NCBI GenBank assembly: GCA_004431415.1
Contig: QPMI01000408.1
Span: 744,001 to 808,000 of the forward strand
DNA: 64,000 nt
Reading direction: 5' to 3'
From: Cyanophora paradoxa CCMP329
Taxonomy: Eukaryota; Plantae; Glaucophyta
The notes under the pieces are model-generated. The model searched no databases and was not told the origin of the DNA. It saw only the letters and a program-made list of their open reading frames with translations. The translations under genes and the position numbers were made by a program. Each line of letters starts with the position of its first letter. Position 1 is the stretch's first letter. This document shows positions 12,001 to 22,839 of this stretch, piece by piece.

Positions 12001-13132
12001 GCCGAACGTCGTGGGCAGCGTCGCCGTCGCGGAGGAGGCGCCGGAGACGCTGAGCGTCGCGGTCGTCCCGGCCACCGGCGAGCCGGAGCATGTGCAGGCG
12101 CCGCTGGCGTCCCTCGCGTACTCCGACCATTCAATCACGTAGCCGTCGATGCGGGCCGCCTCGGAGTCGGTCTGAGAGAGCTTTCAATTTCACCGCACTG
12201 GGAACCAAAGACGGTCGCGGCCATGGCCACTCACCGGCGTCCAGGTGACGACGGTTTCTTCCTCGGGCTCCGACTCGGGAACGGGCGTCTTGGGGGTGAG
12301 GGGGTCGTTCATGACGTAGAAGGAGCGGCGGTAGGGCGCGCCCATCGGCACGTCGCTGACGAGGCCAGCCTTGTTGAGGATCTGAAGGGGGCGCGCTCTC
12401 AGCTCCGGGACGGGGGCAGCGGTCGGGAAATTAAATGAGCCGGGCGCCCGCGTACCGTGACGTACGCCGTGTACCAGCCAGGGGACAGCGAGCTGCGAGA
12501 CGTTGTCTGTGTCAGGCCGCGCGCAGAGACGCGAGCGACCCGCTCATGATCGGTGGGCGCACGTCTGCTCGAACGTCTGCTTGGCGGCCACGTCGCAGTT
12601 GCCCGCCTTGTCCCACGAGAGGGCGCCGGCCGGGTACTCCGTCGTGATGTCGCAGATGTTGATGACGGTCTCGTGGGCGGTGCACTCCGCGAGCGGCTCG
12701 CTCACGCAGTCGCCGGTTGCGATGTGGAGGCGGACCGAGGCGACGTACTGCGGCGCGATCGCGCCGCCGAGCCAGACGTCGCCCAGAGTCGGGGAGCCCT
12801 CTTCGCCGGGCTGGAAGAGCGTCCCGTTGGACTTGTCGTAGTACCACGTGATGGTCGCGCTCTTGTCGTCCAGCGCAATCGCGTTGAGGGGCACCGGGAT
12901 GGGCGCCACCGGCACTGTCTCCGGAACGCTGTCGATTGACGGGCCGCCGCTGGTGATGAGCGTGGCGGCGACGACCGCGCTCGAGCGCCCGACGTTGTTC
13001 TTCGCCACGTTGTCGATGTCGTATTTCTGAAGAAAGCTGCAAGTTAATCTCTGACGGAGAGAGCCGCTCGGAGCACTCAGATCGACGGACCTGGCTCGGG
13101 AAGAGCTTGTTCAGATGGACGCTCTCGCTCGC
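9076..13132 (-). pseudogene. 3' part of a type I membrane protein gene with fibronectin type III repeats, interrupted in an exon by a Gypsy LTR
   Basis: FN3 motifs LNKLFPSQ/KYDIDNVAKNNVG, ATITWYY, ELKYNVEYAAAIQGRNSEG, VNVSWVP..GYTL and ISITWNA..VVYQV. TM helix VGVIVAAVAGAVAVAAVAIVAVV followed by YRRFRK. Many short introns. The last visible exon fragment (13132-13091) abuts the LTR. Confidence 0.75.
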
Positions 13133-13490
13133 TGTCGCGTGCGGGATTAGTAGTGAGGCACGCGGGGAGGTTCCCGGTCGAGCGTGGCTCGACGGGGCTC
13201 AGTGGATCACGAGAAACCACAGTGCAAGCCAGTAGTATTGGTAGAACTGTGTACCCGGACAGACCCGGTACACGTACCCCTAGCTCGGAGTACTTCGGTC
13301 ACTGACTCAGGGGAATAGCTGTACCCTGGCAAATACACGTGTTCGGCCGTGGCGTACTAACGCCGACACCGGCCCTAGCGGCCCGTAGGCAGCTCTGCAA
13401 CTAGCAGCACGAAGGCTGCACCTAGCTACTAGTAAGGTAGCTGTACAAGCTCATAGAAGCGCTAGGACAGCGCTAATCCTGAATGCGACA
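13133..13490 (-). repeat. Gypsy 3' LTR (358 bp)
   Basis: Inverted termini TGTCGC...GCGACA, immediately preceded on the minus strand by a polypurine tract. The partner LTR is not in the window. Confidence 0.8.
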
Positions 13491-13501
13491 ACTCCCCTCT
13501 T
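13491..13501 (-). promoter_or_regulatory. Polypurine tract of the Gypsy element
   Basis: AAGAGGGGAGT directly 5' of the LTR start TGTCGCA on the minus strand. Confidence 0.8.
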
Positions 13502-14620
13502 AAGACTGCGTCCCGCAGGCTACATTTCTGAAATGACCGGCGACTGCCGGGAATGAATAGGCTTTGAAGCCGGTACTCGCTCTACGGCAGCCGACTGCCG
13601 GGAATGAAAAGACTGTCAGCCGGATGCCGTTGAATTTCTTGAAAGGCCATTCCGGCCGCCATAGGCGGGTACGGGATTTGATCTCCAGGGAGGAGTGATC
13701 GGCGGCAAGGAAGCCGCGGGTTTTGCCCAATGGGCGACGGACTGAGGTCCAACTTCATGTTCTCATGTAGAGTTTCCGCGTGAAGGGAGGCTCGGGGCCC
13801 CCTTGGTGCCATGCATGCACAGCGAGAGCACGCCGCAGATGCGTACGCGAAAGAGCAGCGCGGGGCGACGCGGCGCGCTGGCAGCGCACGGCCCCCTCCG
13901 GTGTGCCCCCCAACCGCGACGCGGTCGAGTGACCCAAGTGCGAGCCGCTAGCTCCACCCAGGCGAGCACCCCTTAGGCTCTCGCAGTGGTGAAGTACAGG
14001 TAATCGGATCGGCGGGGATTCAACCGTGCCGACGAGGATAGAGCCGGCTCCAGGACCGGGTACCGCTCACAAGGATGCATTCCGGTTTTGCCGCACGCGG
14101 CGCCGGGCACCCCTGCCCGACCCCGTGACTTCGTTTGATGCCAAGGGAGAAGAGCCAGCGTCAGGCGTCCCCGACGTGGATTCTCATGCATGAGAGTCGT
14201 TAAGCTCTCGTCGTCGCGCACGGACCTTGAGCCGGCCGACCGCCCATTCACTGGGACTTCGATTCAGGATAGGGCCCAGGGGTCGTCTAGCCCCGTCGCG
14301 CCGTTCTCGTCAGGAACGCGCCGCCTGGTCGCTCAATAGCGCACTCAGGTCTTATCCAACGCTTCGATTGAGCGGGGCACGTAGGCCCGTCGCGCCGCTT
14401 GACGTTTCACAGTCAAAGCGCGCCGCCCGGCCGCCTGGGGCGTTCTACCAGGACTTTCTTGCATCCGGGACGGGGCCCTTTCTCAGAGCGTCCGTCGCGA
14501 GGGCACTGCCTCTCGCATCATATTCCGGTGGCGGGGGTACGGGGTCCCGCGGCTAGGGTGGCTCGCCATGGCCAACCCCGCCGGGCCTCAGCGCACTGCG
14601 CCGGGCCCTCGAGCCTTTGT

Positions 14621-16100
14621 TTAGGCTGCTCCCGCCGGCGCGGGGCCAGCGGTTGCCGGTCCGGCGGCGCCCTGAGGCGGAGCTGCGGCACCTGCCACTC
14701 GCGGCCTCCCGCGGGCCGGGCGTGCAGGGCGCTCAGTGTCGCGGACACGGAACGGGATCATGCAGTCGATGTGCACGATCGTTTCACGCGTGTCCCGGCT
14801 CTTGTGCCGGTTCGGGGCGGCGGCGCCGTAGGGCCGTGCGAGGCCGCGAACGACGTACGTGTAGCCGCCGGGGTGCACATCGAGCACCGTGAACGGGCCG
14901 ACCAGGAGTTGTACAACCCCTTATCGCGGTCGCCCAGCCAGCACAGGACCTTGTCGCCGACTTCGAAGCGGCGGCGGTCGGGCAAGTCGCCAGTCCGGTA
15001 GATCAGGCGCTGCCGATACACGCGACGGTGCTCGCGGAGAGCTGCCTCGCGGTGCTTGGCCGCGCGGACGACGGCAAGCAGGTACTCCGGGTAGCTCATT
15101 GTTTCCAAGAGCTCAACGCCGAAGCGCACGTCGGCGGGCAACGTCAGCTCGTGCCCAGGTGCAGCACCGCGGGCGAGAAGCCAGTGGCGGCGTGCACGGT
15201 CGTGCGGAGAGCCAGCTGCACCTCGTGCACGTGCTGGTCCCACTCGTGCAGCGGCTCGCGGTTGGCGCGGCACGCAGCGTGCAGCAGCGTCTTGATGACA
15301 CCGCCCAGCCGCTCGACCAGGCCGTTCGTGGCGTGGTGGTACGCAGCGGCGTAAATGAAGCGCGTCCCGAGCGAGCGGAAGAACTCATTGAAGAGCCCTC
15401 CTTCAGGTTCGACCCGTTGTCGACGAGCAGTCGCAGGGGCACGCCTTCATCCGAGACGAACTTGCGGGCGGTTCCAGCAAGGTCAGTCCCTCAAGGTCCG
15501 CGATCGGGTACTCGTGGTGCCATTTGCTCCAGGCATTCACGTACACGATCATGTAGCGCAGACCGCGCGGAGTCGGGTCTAGGTGGAAGATGTCCACCTG
15601 CCACAGGTCGTTTCGGCCCTCAGGCTCGATGACCGCGATCGCCGTTCGCCGCGGCTTCACCGCTTTCGCGAACTGGCAGCAAGCGCAGCTGCGCACGTAG
15701 CGCGTCACTGCAGCTAGCATTCCTGGCCACCAGAACCGGAACGCGATCCGGCGGGCGACGATCTGGGCGCCTCGGTGGCCCCAACCGTCATGGTACGCGT
15801 ACATGACGCGGTCCTGCCAAGTCTCGGGCAATACAGGCACGTAACGCGCGCCCGGCAGGACCGGCCGGCGGACGAGCACGCCGTCCGTGTCGATGTCGAA
15901 TTTCTCGGCAAATTCGGCAAACGACGCCTGTGCCTTGAGGCAGGCATAGCAGTCGCCAGACAGGCAAGACGCGCGCGAGCACCGCGCGTAATTCGTCTTG
16001 TTCTCCAAGTAGGCGAACAGCCGCTGCCCAAGCGGATCGTCCCGCTGCGCGGCGAGCAGCCGCACGCGTCGAGCGGGGAACATGTACTTGAGGGACTCCG
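14621..16100 (-). CDS. Gypsy integrase (frameshifted)
   Basis: HHCC finger YHDGWGHRG...CACCQ. Core motifs WQVDIF, LLVDNGSN and YHHATNGLVER. C-terminal GPF/Y-like LVGPFTVL...VHIDCM, spread over several frames. Confidence 0.9.
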
Positions 16101-17299
16101 GGACGGGCCCGTCAAGCTTCGGGGCGTAGACGCAGTCCCACGCGTCCAGCACGCGCTCGAGAACGCGGGGCTTGCGCCGATCACTCACTTCGCCGAGCTC
16201 GGGCCCTGGCGCGATCGCGCTGGAGGAGAACATCTCCATTTCAGGCGCCGGCTCGGCGTCGGCAGCCGCGGGGCCGCCGCTCTGCTGATCGGAGGAGGGC
16301 GCCCCTGAGGCCGCCGCTCCGCTTGACCCGGCCGTAGCCGCAGCCGTGCTCGAGGAGCTGGCGCCGGAAGGCGCCCTGACAGCCCCCGCACCGCCCTCAG
16401 GACCCTCGTCGGGATCGTCCTGATAGGGGTAGATCGGCGGGCCGCAGCGCCAGTGGCGCGGGTTTCCCGGCCGGCGCGGGGTCTTGCCCGGCCGCGGCTC
16501 AGGCTGGGGCTGCTGGTCGCGCGGCAGCGGGGGCGTCTCCCCTTCGTACCGGCGCGGGCCGCTCAGGTAACGCGCCCGGACCAGCGGGAGGAGGTCCAGC
16601 GGGAACCCATCCTCGTCGAGCGAGGCGCGCGTCGTCGGCTCGGAGGGCATGACGGGCGGCGCCAGCTCAGGCTCAGGCTCGGGATCGAGCTCCATCGGCT
16701 CAGGGGCCGGAGGCGGACTGGGCGACCGAGGCCGCGGGGGCAAGCCCTCACCGACAGCCAATTGGTGCCACTCGTCCACCTGAGCGCGCAGCTGCGCCCA
16801 GGTGACGGCCTGCTTCTGGCCGCGCCGCTGGGGCGGGCCGGCGTTCGGCAACTGAGGCGCAGCCGGCAGGGCCGCGCCGTCAGCGTGGGCCGGAGCCTGC
16901 TGCGGGTCTCCAGCGGGCCGGGAACGGGCGCGAGGCGGCGCCGACGCGGCGGCCTGCGCGGCACCGGGCGAGGCGGGCTCGCTCTCTTCGACGCGGATCG
17001 GCTCGTCGTCCGCGTCCTCACGGAGGGCCTCAGGCGGCGCGCGCGCGATGCGGCGCCGGGGTCCCTCAGCAGGCTGCACGTCGGCGCGAGAGGCCGGGGC
17101 GCCCTCGAACGCAAGCTGCCGCGCGAGGCGGGCCATGCGTCGCGACACTACAGCCTCTACGGGGGCTGGCTCGGGCTCCGGGCAGAGCTGCTTGAGCTCG
17201 CTTCGGCGGGAGGGCTGGCGCCTCAGCGCTGGCCGCCTCGCCACTTCCCTCGACGGCTACCGCGTACAGGGGCAGCGGCTCGTCGAGATCGCCGGGCTG

Positions 17300-19983
17300 G
17301 GGCACGCCAAACCCGCGAGCGCCGGGCAGCGCGTCGGGCGCGTCAGAGCTGCCGTCGGCACCGCCGGGCGCGAGGACAGGATGCTCGCCGGGCAGGCGCG
17401 AGCAGGCGTCGGGGCCGCCGTTGTTGCGCCCAGCGCGGTATTCTACGACGAAGTCGTAGGACTGCAGGAGCAGGGCCAGCGGCCTAGCCTCCCCGTAGTC
17501 TCGTCGCGCGTGCGCAGCCATTGGAGCGCATGGTGGTCAGTGCGCACAGTGAACTGGGGCCCGCCTAGAAGGAAGTGCCGCCAGTATTTGATTGCCCAGA
17601 CTACCGCCAAGCACTCGAGCTCAGTGGCGGAGTAGTTGCGCTCGGCAGGGGCCAGAGTGCGGCTAATGAAGCCGATCGGCCGCTCCACCGGCGGCGTCGA
17701 TCCGTCGAGCTGCGACAGGATCGCGCCAATCGCGTAAGTCGACGCGTCAGTCGACAGGATGAAGGGGCGCTCGAAGTCCGGGTACTTCAACACCAGATTC
17801 AAGAGCAACGCAGCCTTCAGTTTCTCGAAAGAGGCCTGCTGGGCCTCACCCCAGTTCCACTCGGCGTCGCGTAGCAGCAAGCGCTGCATCGGCTGCACGA
17901 TCCGTGCAAAGCCTTCCACGAAGCGCCGGTAGTAGCCAGCCAAGCCCAGGAAAGACCGCAGCCGGTCTGCGTCCGTGGGCGCCGGGTAGTCGCGGATCAC
18001 AGCGAGCTTTGCCGGATCCTGGCGGATCCCCTCTGCAGAGACGAGGTGCCCCAGCAGATTGATCTCGGATACGCCGAAGCGACACTTCGACGGCTTCAGC
18101 CGCAGGTTGGCGGGCACAATTGCCTTGAACAGCGCCTCGAGATCAAGCAGGTGCTGATCGATCGAGGGCGAGAACACCGTGATATCGTCGATATACGCGG
18201 TGACACAGGTGGTGAGGAGGGGCCCGAGGATTGCGGTGACAGCGCGGGAGAACGCCGCTGGCCCGTTGGTTACACCGAACGGGGTCACGCGCCACTCGTA
18301 CTGGCCCCAGGGCACGACGAAGGCAGTGAAGCGCCGCGACGCGGGGTCGAGCGGCAGCTGCCAGAAGCCGCACACTGCGTCTCCTACCGAGAAGACGATG
18401 GCGCCACGCAGGCGGTCGAGCTGATCGTCGATCCGCGGCAGCGGGAAGACGTCACGCTCGGTAATGGCGTTCAGGCGTCGGTAATCGACACACATACGCC
18501 ACGTCCCATCTTTCTTCGGGGCCAACACTAGTGGCGACCCGTACGCAGCCTCAGAGGGCTGGATCAGGCCCAGCTCTAGCAGGCGGGCAATCTCGGCTCG
18601 CGCGAACTGCTCAGCGTGCGGGCTCACGCGCCGCGGCGGCGTGTACACGGGCAGGTGCGAGTTGAGCCGGATCACGTGCTGGTAGTGCATGAGGTCTTGT
18701 GTACCCCCTACAGCCGTGACGCTTTCAGCGAAGGCGCCCTTGTAGCGCTTCAGCAGAGCCTCGAGGCGGGCCTTCTGCGGGCCGTCGAAGCCGGGGTGCG
18801 AACCGACCTCAGGGATCTTTCCCCGGATCCGGTTCCACTCCTCCTCTTCAGAGCTCGACGACCCCGTCGGCTCAGGGTGAGGCGGCCCGCTGGATGGACC
18901 GGCCTCATTGGGATCGCGGGGCGGGGCGCGGACGGGCTCCTTGCCCTTGCGGCGATCGGGCGGAGCCTCGTCGTCAGACCGCTCCATCGGGGGCGTGTCG
19001 TCGGAGTCGTCAGGCTCGCGCTTCACCTCTGGAGGTGCATGGCGCACCGAGCAGTTAGGGCCAGCAAGAGCGGCGCTCGAGCTGGAAACCAGCGGCGCGG
19101 CTGCAGGTACCGGTGCAGCGGACGAAGTCGCGACCGCGTTCACAGCAGCTTCCGCAAGGCGGGCAGCGGCGAGGGCGCGGCGCGCGTTGCGCACGGAGCG
19201 CCGCTCGCGGCGTTCGGCGCGGCGCTGAGGCCGCTGCGCTGCGTGCTCCTCTGGATCGGTCCAGCCCGGATAGTCATCATCGAGCTCCGAATCCGAGGTG
19301 TCTTCGACAGTAGAGTCGCTTTCCCGGTCGCTATCGGAATTGCGATCATTGTAATGACCAGGGAACTCGGGCGGCGCGAGATCGTCGTCATCGCTGTCAT
19401 CGCCCGGGGGCGGCGCGGGCGCTGGCTGTGGAACCAGGTCCGGCAAGTCGCCGTCGAACACGTTTCCTTGCGCATCAATCAGCGGCGGTGGCGCGTCGTC
19501 GGCTGCGCGGGGCAGCGGTTGCGGCGTCTGGCCGTAGTTCACACCAGGCCGATCGGGATCGGTGCTGATGACGCGCAAGATGCGAGGCGGGGCTGGAGGG
19601 CCGCTGCCAAGCGTGTTGGGGTGGGGAAGAGGGGTGCGCTCGCTAGCCGGCGCAGGCTTGAAGCCGGGCGGGGCATTATTCGCGAGGCGGCGCAGAGATC
19701 TGAATCCCTGCCCCCTACGAGGGTCGTACGGCCGCAGCGTGCGCACGTAGGCGTCGGCCACGTCGGCGGCGGTAGCATTTATTGACGGCGGCTCGAATTC
19801 GAAGTCGCCGGGCGGGAGGTGGCGGGCCTCCGCCACTGCAACGATGGCGCCCGCCTCGAGGTGGACGTCGACATCGGCAGGATTTAAGAGGCGGACATAG
19901 ATTGCTCCACGCTCGCCTAGCTCTGCACGGGAGTGCAGTTGGTTCGGGGCTAGGACTCCGAGCGCCGGCAGTGAATCCGGCGC
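17300..19983 (-). CDS. Gypsy reverse transcriptase and RNase H
   Basis: RT motifs SPLVLAPKKDGTWRMCVDYRRLN, FPLPRID, PFGVTNGPAAF and YIDD. RNase H motifs STDASTYAIGAILSQ, NYSATELECLAV and TDHHAL. Confidence 0.97.
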
Positions 19984-20299
19984 TCGGGATTTGCGCTCTC
20001 AATGCGTAAATCGAGTTTTGCGCCGACTGAATGCGAGTAAAGAAGACCGTAGCCGAGCGCCAGGCACGAAAGAGCTGAGCGACTCGCTAGCCGCGGAGCG
20101 GCGCGAGGCGAGCGCGGGAGGAGCAGCAGGCTCCAGCGAGCGCCCCGCAAGGGACTAGCTGAGCTAGCCGTTGGGCCGAGCCGGCGGGCTTGAAGCCGCC
20201 GAGCTCCGGGGGGTACGCTGATTCGGGGTTTCCCTTCACGCCCAGCTTCGCTCACGGCCGCTCCAGGCCACGAAGCGACCAGCGGCGAAGCGAAATCGC
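19984..20299 (+). repeat. Split direct repeat A1 (316 bp)
   Basis: Near-identical to 30223-30538 and similar to the reverse complement of 62507-62822. Confidence 0.92.
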
Positions 20300-21147
20300 C
20301 ACAGCCAGCACTGCAATCACTCCTAAGCAGCCCTGTCGGACCGGCGGCCGCACATCTCGGCCGTCCCTCCAATTGCACAGAGCCGACCAACTCTGCAGCA
20401 CCACGGCTAGCTGCAGTGGAGCATGATCCCGCGGCAGCAACTGTAGAGCAGTTCTGCCTCGATGGCTGGCCGGAGCAAACCCTGTTCCCAGCGATCCTCC
20501 CGGAATCGGCCTCGGGCCCCAGTTCACGCTTGAATCTGGTTCCTTACTGCCGTGCCGGTACGTGGATTCACGTCCGGGCCCGCCCGCCACGCTCGCATTC
20601 AGCGCGCGCTGGCTATCCCGGGGGCCCACCGTCAGTCCGCGGCCGCCGGCTTGCTTATACACTCTATAAGCGTGTATTGAGACCCGCCGCGCGATTCCTC
20701 CGGATCCCTGACCATTTCCTGCGCGCATGCTCCGGGAGCTCCGGATCCTCGGCGCTCAAGCCGGACGCCGCCGCCGCGCCACGTGCACGCCGGCGGAGCT
20801 CGCGCGCGCAGGACCGCCCCGGCCTGCTGGCGCTCGCGCTGCAGGCCCACCGCGAAGTCGGGGTTTGGATCGTGCCATACGCGTGATCCACCGACGGACG
20901 GTGCCCGGCCGCTCGCGCGGCTTGGGGTGGCGAAGAAGTCGAGGGCACCTCGACGCTCGGACCGGCCGGCGCCGCGCCTTTACGACGCACCGGCGCCGGC
21001 TGAGCCCGCGCAGGACAGCCTCGACCCGCGTGCGTTCGCGCTGTGGGTCCCCGTTCCAGCTTCAGGACTGGATCCCTTCCAGGATCCTCGGCGGACAGTG
21101 CCCGGCTCGCTCACGCGACCCGGGGAGCTCGAGGCGACGGAGTACGA

Positions 21148-22265
21148 CTCTCGCGTGCGCCTCGCGCTGCGAGATGGCCCGCGTGCGTGCGCGCTGTGGG
21201 CCCCGTACTCGGAGTTCGGAGGCCGCGCGCGACTCTCGCTGTGGCCCGATCCGCCCCGGCGGATTCCGGCCGCACCCGCGGCCGGCGACCTTCCACCAGG
21301 AGCACGGATCTCGCGAGCGTCTCGCTGTGAGATGGGCCCGCGTGCGTTCGTCGCTGTGGGCCCCGTGCAAGGAGTTCCGGGGCCACGTGCGTCCCGCTGT
21401 GGCCCCGGGCCGCTTCAGCAGCACCGGCCGCTCCCGCGGCCGGCAAACTCCCAACCTGGCCTTCGGCTCTCGCGTGCGCCTCGCGCTGCGAGACGGCCCG
21501 CGTGCGTACGCGCTGTGGGCCCCGTACTCGGAGTTCGGAGGCCGCGCGCGGCTCTCGCTGCGGCCCGATCCGCCCCGGCGGATTCCGGCCGCGACCGCGG
21601 CCGGCGAACTTCCACCAGGAACACGGATCTCGCGAGCGCCTCGCTGTGAGATAGCCCGCGAGCGTACACCGCTGTGGGCCCCGTGCGCGGATCCCGGGGG
21701 CGGCGTGCGCCTCGCTGTCGACGTCGACGTCGCCCCGGGCTCCCTTCCACCCTCCGTCTCGCGTGCGCTTCGCGCTGCGAGACGGCCCGCGTGCGTTCGC
21801 GCTGTGGGCCCCGTACTCGGAGTTCGGAGGCCGCGCGCGGCCCTCGCTGCGGCCCGATCCGCCCCGGCGGATTCCGGCCGCACCCGCGGCCGGCGAGCTT
21901 TCACCTGGAGCACGGATCTCGCGAGCGCCTCGCTGTGAGATATATAGCCCGCGAGCGTACATCGCTGTGGGCCCCGTGTGCGGAGTTCGGGGGCGGCGTG
22001 CGTCTCGCTGTCGCCCCAGGCTTCCTTCCTCCCCCACCCTCGCCGGCGTCTCGCTGCGAGCTCGAGCCGGCCCGCGTGCGTTCGCGCTGTGGGCCCCTTC
22101 CCTCGGAGTTCGGGGCCGCGCGCGGCTCTCGCTGCGGCCCGATCCGCCTCGGCGGACCCCGGCCGCACCCGCGGCCGGCGAGCTCCACCCCGGAGTACGG
22201 ACCTCGCTGGCGTCGCGCTGCGAGATGGCCCGCTGGCGCTTGTCGCTGCAGCCTGCAGGCCCCGT
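21148..22265. repeat. ~300-bp tandem repeat, about 3.7 diverged copies with internal subrepeats
   Basis: Units start near 21148, 21467, 21757 and 22050, with recurrent GCCCGCGTGCGTTCGCGCTGTGGGCCCC. Confidence 0.85.
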
Positions 22266-22839
22266 GCACAGAGTTCCGGGGGCTGCTGGCGCGCACGCTG
22301 CAGCCTCGCGATCGATCGCGATCGCAGAGTGTTTTTGTTTGTCACAGTGTTTTAATTTTGCTCAATTTAGTCAACTCAATGATTGACTCGACCTGAAAAC
22401 AAAACAAAAACAAAAGAACAAAAAACAACACACGCATGCGCATTGCGCACCGGTGCCACCGGCCGGACCCGCGCCGGTCCCGCGGACCCGCGCCGGCGCG
22501 CGCGGTCTCGCTGCCAGCGCATATGCATACAGCCTGATGCAGGCTCTGCGGCCCCTGCCAGGCGCCGGCTAGCTGGCGCTTCCGCTCCCGGTACCGTAGT
22601 ACCCGGTACCGCCACACTGCCGCAGTGCAGCAGCAGTGCGAGTCAGCCGGCGCCGGCCGCGGCCCGCGGGCGCGCGCGCGCGCGCCGCCGCAGCTGCAGC
22701 CTGGCAGCTGCCAGGCTGGCCCTTCCGCTGCCGCAGGCCTAGGGCTGCCGCTGGCGCGTTACGCTGCGGACTACAGTCCTCGCTGGCGCTCTAGATCTCG
22801 CTGCGAGTCGGCCCGCTGGCGGCCTTCCGCGCATCCGCG

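Noticed and set aside
13541-13610. 17-bp direct repeat CGACTGCCGGGAATGAA in the Gypsy 3' UTR
   Set aside because: Only two copies; short 3' UTR repeats are common and there is no evidence of function.
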